A program made the position numbers and the translations under genes. Of a stretch of DNA of 64,000 nucleotides, positions 60,862 through 64,000 are shown in pieces. Source of the stretch: a virus (Duplodnaviria > Caudoviricetes). Location: IMG/VR virus record IMGVR_UViG_3300013121_000023, positions 1-64,000 of that record. One strand, given 5' to 3'. A model generated the notes under the pieces. That model saw only the letters and a program-made list of their open reading frames with translations, made no database searches and had not been told where the DNA came from. How positions within the stretch are numbered: position 1 is the first letter of the stretch; each line of letters opens with the position of its first letter.

Positions 60862-63800
60862 ATGTTGGGACCGAATAATGCTGCCGGTATGATCTCATCC
60901 ATGAGCCCTTTGCGCGGTGCTCCCATGGACACTTCGCAGTCGGCTCAAGGCCTCGTAAATGCCGGTATGAGCGGTTTGGCTGCATTTGGCGGACCTGCTT
61001 TGCAGGGAGGTATGGCCCTCATGGGGTTTGACCCACTTACAATGGGTGTAAACGCGGCCATGAGTTCATTTATGGGAGGCGCATCCATATCCAGAGCAGC
61101 TATGGCAGGTATGGGCGCTGGTGCCCTTCCAGGTATGGCCGTGATGGGCGCAACATACGTAGGCGAGAAGATGTATTCAGGTATGCAGCAACAAAACTCC
61201 CTGAATAACACACTTCGAGCAAACTATACCTTTCCAACATCTCGTGGATACGGATTCAGTAGCCAGGATATGTCCCAAATAGGCTCCGATATGAGAGCCA
61301 TGACACATCAATTCGGCCCTCAAGGAGAAATGACCTCCATGAGAGAGCTTACAGCTATAGCCGGTAAGATGGGTCAAATGGGTATGACGACTGGTGTGCG
61401 AGACGCACAGCAGTTCTCGGACAAGCTGAAGAAAACGGTAGACACGCTGAAGCAAGTAGCCACAACACTAAACACTTCACTAGAAGGTGCGCTCGACTTC
61501 GTAAATTCGACCAAATCTTCGGGTATGTTTAGAGCTGCGGACCAAGCAAAGTTCGCATCTACAGCTAGAAACACAGCCGTAGGAGCCGGTGTTGCCATGA
61601 GCGAAGTCACCGCTATGGCAAATATAGGGTCTCAGATATCTAGGTCTGTTGGCGGCTTGGGTAGACAGGGCGCATTCGGCGGAATGCAGGCCATGAACCA
61701 AGTAGGTTCTTCACTTCAATCAGGTGCCATATCTGAAGAGGACGTATACAACGCCACAGGCCTTACAGGCGCAGAAGGTAGACAGGCTCTTGCTACAGGC
61801 ATGATGCAACAGTCGGCAAGATTCTATTCTTCTGGTAGAGGTAGAAGATTCCTCGCCTCCATAGCCGGTAAAGACGGTTCTCTAAATGAACAGGCTGTGG
61901 CTGAGTACATGACTGGCGGCGTAACTACCGGACGTACCATGGAATTGGCACACCAAAACCTAGGTAAGGTAGGTAGAGCTAACTTCATCAGAAACGAAGG
62001 CAGACTTCGTGGCGCTGCCCTTGAGAAATTCGGCGCTCTAGGCCAAACGATGGCTTACAAAGAATGGCTGGAATCAAGGGGATATGACCCAAATGACATG
62101 GATGACAAAGCTATGTTGGCGTTCCAGCGCTTTAGCGGAATGAGCCGAGACGAAGCCGATGTTGCGGTGAAGATGGTCAGCAACCTCCCCCAAACAATGA
62201 GGGAGGAAAGAGAGCGTACACGTAACGATCAGTATCTTCAGAAACAGGCCGCCTATCGTAAAACTCAGGGTATAGAAGGCGCAAAGCTACGATTTCAACA
62301 TGCCAGAGAAAAGATAAACTCCAAGATAGAGTCTGTTGGCCAAGAGGTTTATAACGATCTCACTGGCTACGCAGAGACCCTCATCAATAAGCTCTTGGAC
62401 CAAACCGTTAGCAGAGCCACTGAAGACGTAGATAAGACTTTCAAAGCCGCTTCTATGGGCGGCGCTGGTGGTAAACAACTCTACCAAGCACATTTCGGTG
62501 GCAAGAAGCTAATAGGGGACACAACCACTGCAAAGGGCGGTGTGGGTAGTATGTCCTTTGGCGGCTATGGCAGCACAACTAACCAGATGGAAGGCGGAAG
62601 TATGGGCGCCACGGTTGGTAAGTTTGCTGCGGCTGGAGCTGCCTTCGGTATAGGAGGCATGGCATTGGCTGGAGCCGCTAAGTGGGCTCTTGGCCCTAGT
62701 GGCGCCGATAAATACAAAGAAGCCGGATTTGACCTCAGTGGTGCTACTGGCACTGCTGAGCAGCGTGGCCTGTACTACGAGAAGAGAATGGGCGAGGTTC
62801 AGAAGTTTATAGAATCTGCCCAAAAAGGTGATGATAGACAGTCCATGCAATTCGGTACTCGTGCTGCCGATATGCTCAGGACCGCTTATTCTCAAGGCGG
62901 TACTATAAGCGGTAGTGGTGAGAATAGAGTCGCTGCTTATCAGAAGATGCTTGAGTCCGAAGCTAAAAAGGGAAACAAAGAAGCAGCTGCTGAACTAGAG
63001 AGATTCTCTAAAGCAGATATGGCTGGTCGAGCTGGAATGATGTCAGCTGCCGAGGCTGGTGCCGGTATCAATGAAAAGGCCAGGCTCGCTAATTTTGCAA
63101 AGGCTCCCTCGGCATTTAACGTTGATAGAGGTAAATATTCTAGTCTTGCTGAGGGCGATGAAGCTGTAGGTGAAGCTCTCGGTGTTGGTAGTGCTTCAAG
63201 AGCCAAATATATAGGCGCAGCTGTTGGTGGTGTGGCTGCCGGTATATTCACTCTCGGTGCTGGCTCAGTAATGGGGGCAGCAGCTGGCAGCGCTATAGCT
63301 GAAAAGTACTTTGGCGGTGATGGAGGCAGTACGGCTAGAAGATCAGCCGGTGCATATATGCGTTCTAAGGAAGGCATTTCCATGGCATCCGGTCTCTTTG
63401 CTGCTGACGATAAAGAAAGAATGTCTGCCAGAAAGAGGGCCGAAGAACAAATGGCTGGCTTCGTTGCTGACGAAGAGAAGCACAAGCTATCTGATTCAGA
63501 CCGTGGTCGCATGGAAGCCATGAGATCTATGATGATAGGTAGCTCTTATGCTGAAGCTGTCCGATTGGGTAGGTCTGGAGACATAGATAAGTATGTCGAA
63601 AGCGTAAAGAAGATGGGCGGCAAGTACAAGGATATGTCTCGGGAAGACATAATGGCTCTCGGCCAGAAGTCTTACGAAGCAGGTACTAGTGAGTTGGCGG
63701 CCCAGCAGCGAGAAGAACATGCTGCTATGATAGGCCGTGTAAAGTCAGATGCCGCTGGTGATATAAAGAGCCTCACTGGTACCGGACTACTTACTAGAGA

Positions 63801-64000
63801 TGAAAAGACAGGCAGACTCAGCGTTTCTGCCGCCAGAATGAAGGGAGCTAGTGCAGGCACAGCTTATTTGGCATCTTATTTGGCTGAGGGACTTGAAGCA
63901 GGTGAACGCGGCGATTTGGAAGGTGTCTACAAGACTGGTGGTAGAGAGTACAAACAGCTAATGAAGATGTCTGCCGCCGATAAAAGAGATGCCGCTAGAA
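60862..64000 (+). CDS. tape-measure-like protein (partial, runs off window; absent from ORF track)
   Basis: Stop-free frame of more than 1040 codons from ATG 60862; Gly/Ala/Met-rich helical repeats; no in-frame TTA found. Confidence 0.75.
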   Translation, partial: MLGPNNAAGMISSMSPLRGAPMDTSQSAQGLVNAGMSGLAAFGGPALQGGMALMGFDPLTMGVNAAMSSFMGGASISRAAMAGMGAGALPGMAVMGATYVGEKMYSGMQQQNSLNNTLRANYTFPTSRGYGFSSQDMSQIGSDMRAMTHQFGPQGEMTSMRELTAIAGKMGQMGMTTGVRDAQQFSDKLKKTVDTLKQVATTLNTSLEGALDFVNSTKSSGMFRAADQAKFASTARNTAVGAGVAMSEVTAMANIGSQISRSVGGLGRQGAFGGMQAMNQVGSSLQSGAISEEDVYNATGLTGAEGRQALATGMMQQSARFYSSGRGRRFLASIAGKDGSLNEQAVAEYMTGGVTTGRTMELAHQNLGKVGRANFIRNEGRLRGAALEKFGALGQTMAYKEWLESRGYDPNDMDDKAMLAFQRFSGMSRDEADVAVKMVSNLPQTMREERERTRNDQYLQKQAAYRKTQGIEGAKLRFQHAREKINSKIESVGQEVYNDLTGYAETLINKLLDQTVSRATEDVDKTFKAASMGGAGGKQLYQAHFGGKKLIGDTTTAKGGVGSMSFGGYGSTTNQMEGGSMGATVGKFAAAGAAFGIGGMALAGAAKWALGPSGADKYKEAGFDLSGATGTAEQRGLYYEKRMGEVQKFIESAQKGDDRQSMQFGTRAADMLRTAYSQGGTISGSGENRVAAYQKMLESEAKKGNKEAAAELERFSKADMAGRAGMMSAAEAGAGINEKARLANFAKAPSAFNVDRGKYSSLAEGDEAVGEALGVGSASRAKYIGAAVGGVAAGIFTLGAGSVMGAAAGSAIAEKYFGGDGGSTARRSAGAYMRSKEGISMASGLFAADDKERMSARKRAEEQMAGFVADEEKHKLSDSDRGRMEAMRSMMIGSSYAEAVRLGRSGDIDKYVESVKKMGGKYKDMSREDIMALGQKSYEAGTSELAAQQREEHAAMIGRVKSDAAGDIKSLTGTGLLTRDEKTGRLSVSAARMKGASAGTAYLASYLAEGLEAGERGDLEGVYKTGGREYKQLMKMSAADKRDAAR

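Noticed and set aside
60945-63860. Minus-strand ORFs in the track
   Set aside because: Antisense shadows of the long + strand tape-measure-like frame.
1-64000. TAG or TGA stop-to-sense recoding as in known recoded phages
   Set aside because: Genes are not fragmented under the standard code, and all three standard stops end genes; the anomaly is over-long ORFs.
1-64000. Simple bldA-like rare-codon avoidance or random sequencing error as the explanation for the TTA pattern
   Set aside because: Neither predicts TTATG coupling, the position before terminators, or the sheath|tube split. A systematic artefact cannot be fully excluded without reads.

Overview
This window is part of a large tailed (myo-type) bacteriophage genome. 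It carries a terminase, a head module (prohead protease, scaffold/core proteins, major capsid), neck, tail sheath and tube, a lysis-like cassette, GroES, a tape-measure gene running off the right end, and an AT-rich early region with a paralogue array of about 16 genes. Some genes hint at a myxobacterial host (inference). Main discovery: TTA (UUA) behaves as a fourth stop codon. Reading the likely real genes by hand, I found no internal in-frame TTA, even in AT-rich genes. However, 27 genes have their first in-frame TTA where the protein plausibly ends: 7 as TTATG stop-start overlaps, 4 just ahead of terminator hairpins that otherwise fall inside the ORF, and 2 splitting apparent fusions such as sheath|tube. 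CDS ends below use TTA as stop where it applies. Other notable items: two tandem ~300-nt pseudoknot/kissing-loop ncRNA candidates, a K-x-A motif throughout head proteins, virion-type polyproteins with ferritin-like and ADP-ribosyltransferase domains, a TTTAGCTA terminator tail, a CATAAGA promoter motif, and a likely -1 frameshift. All calls come from manual reading; no searches were run.
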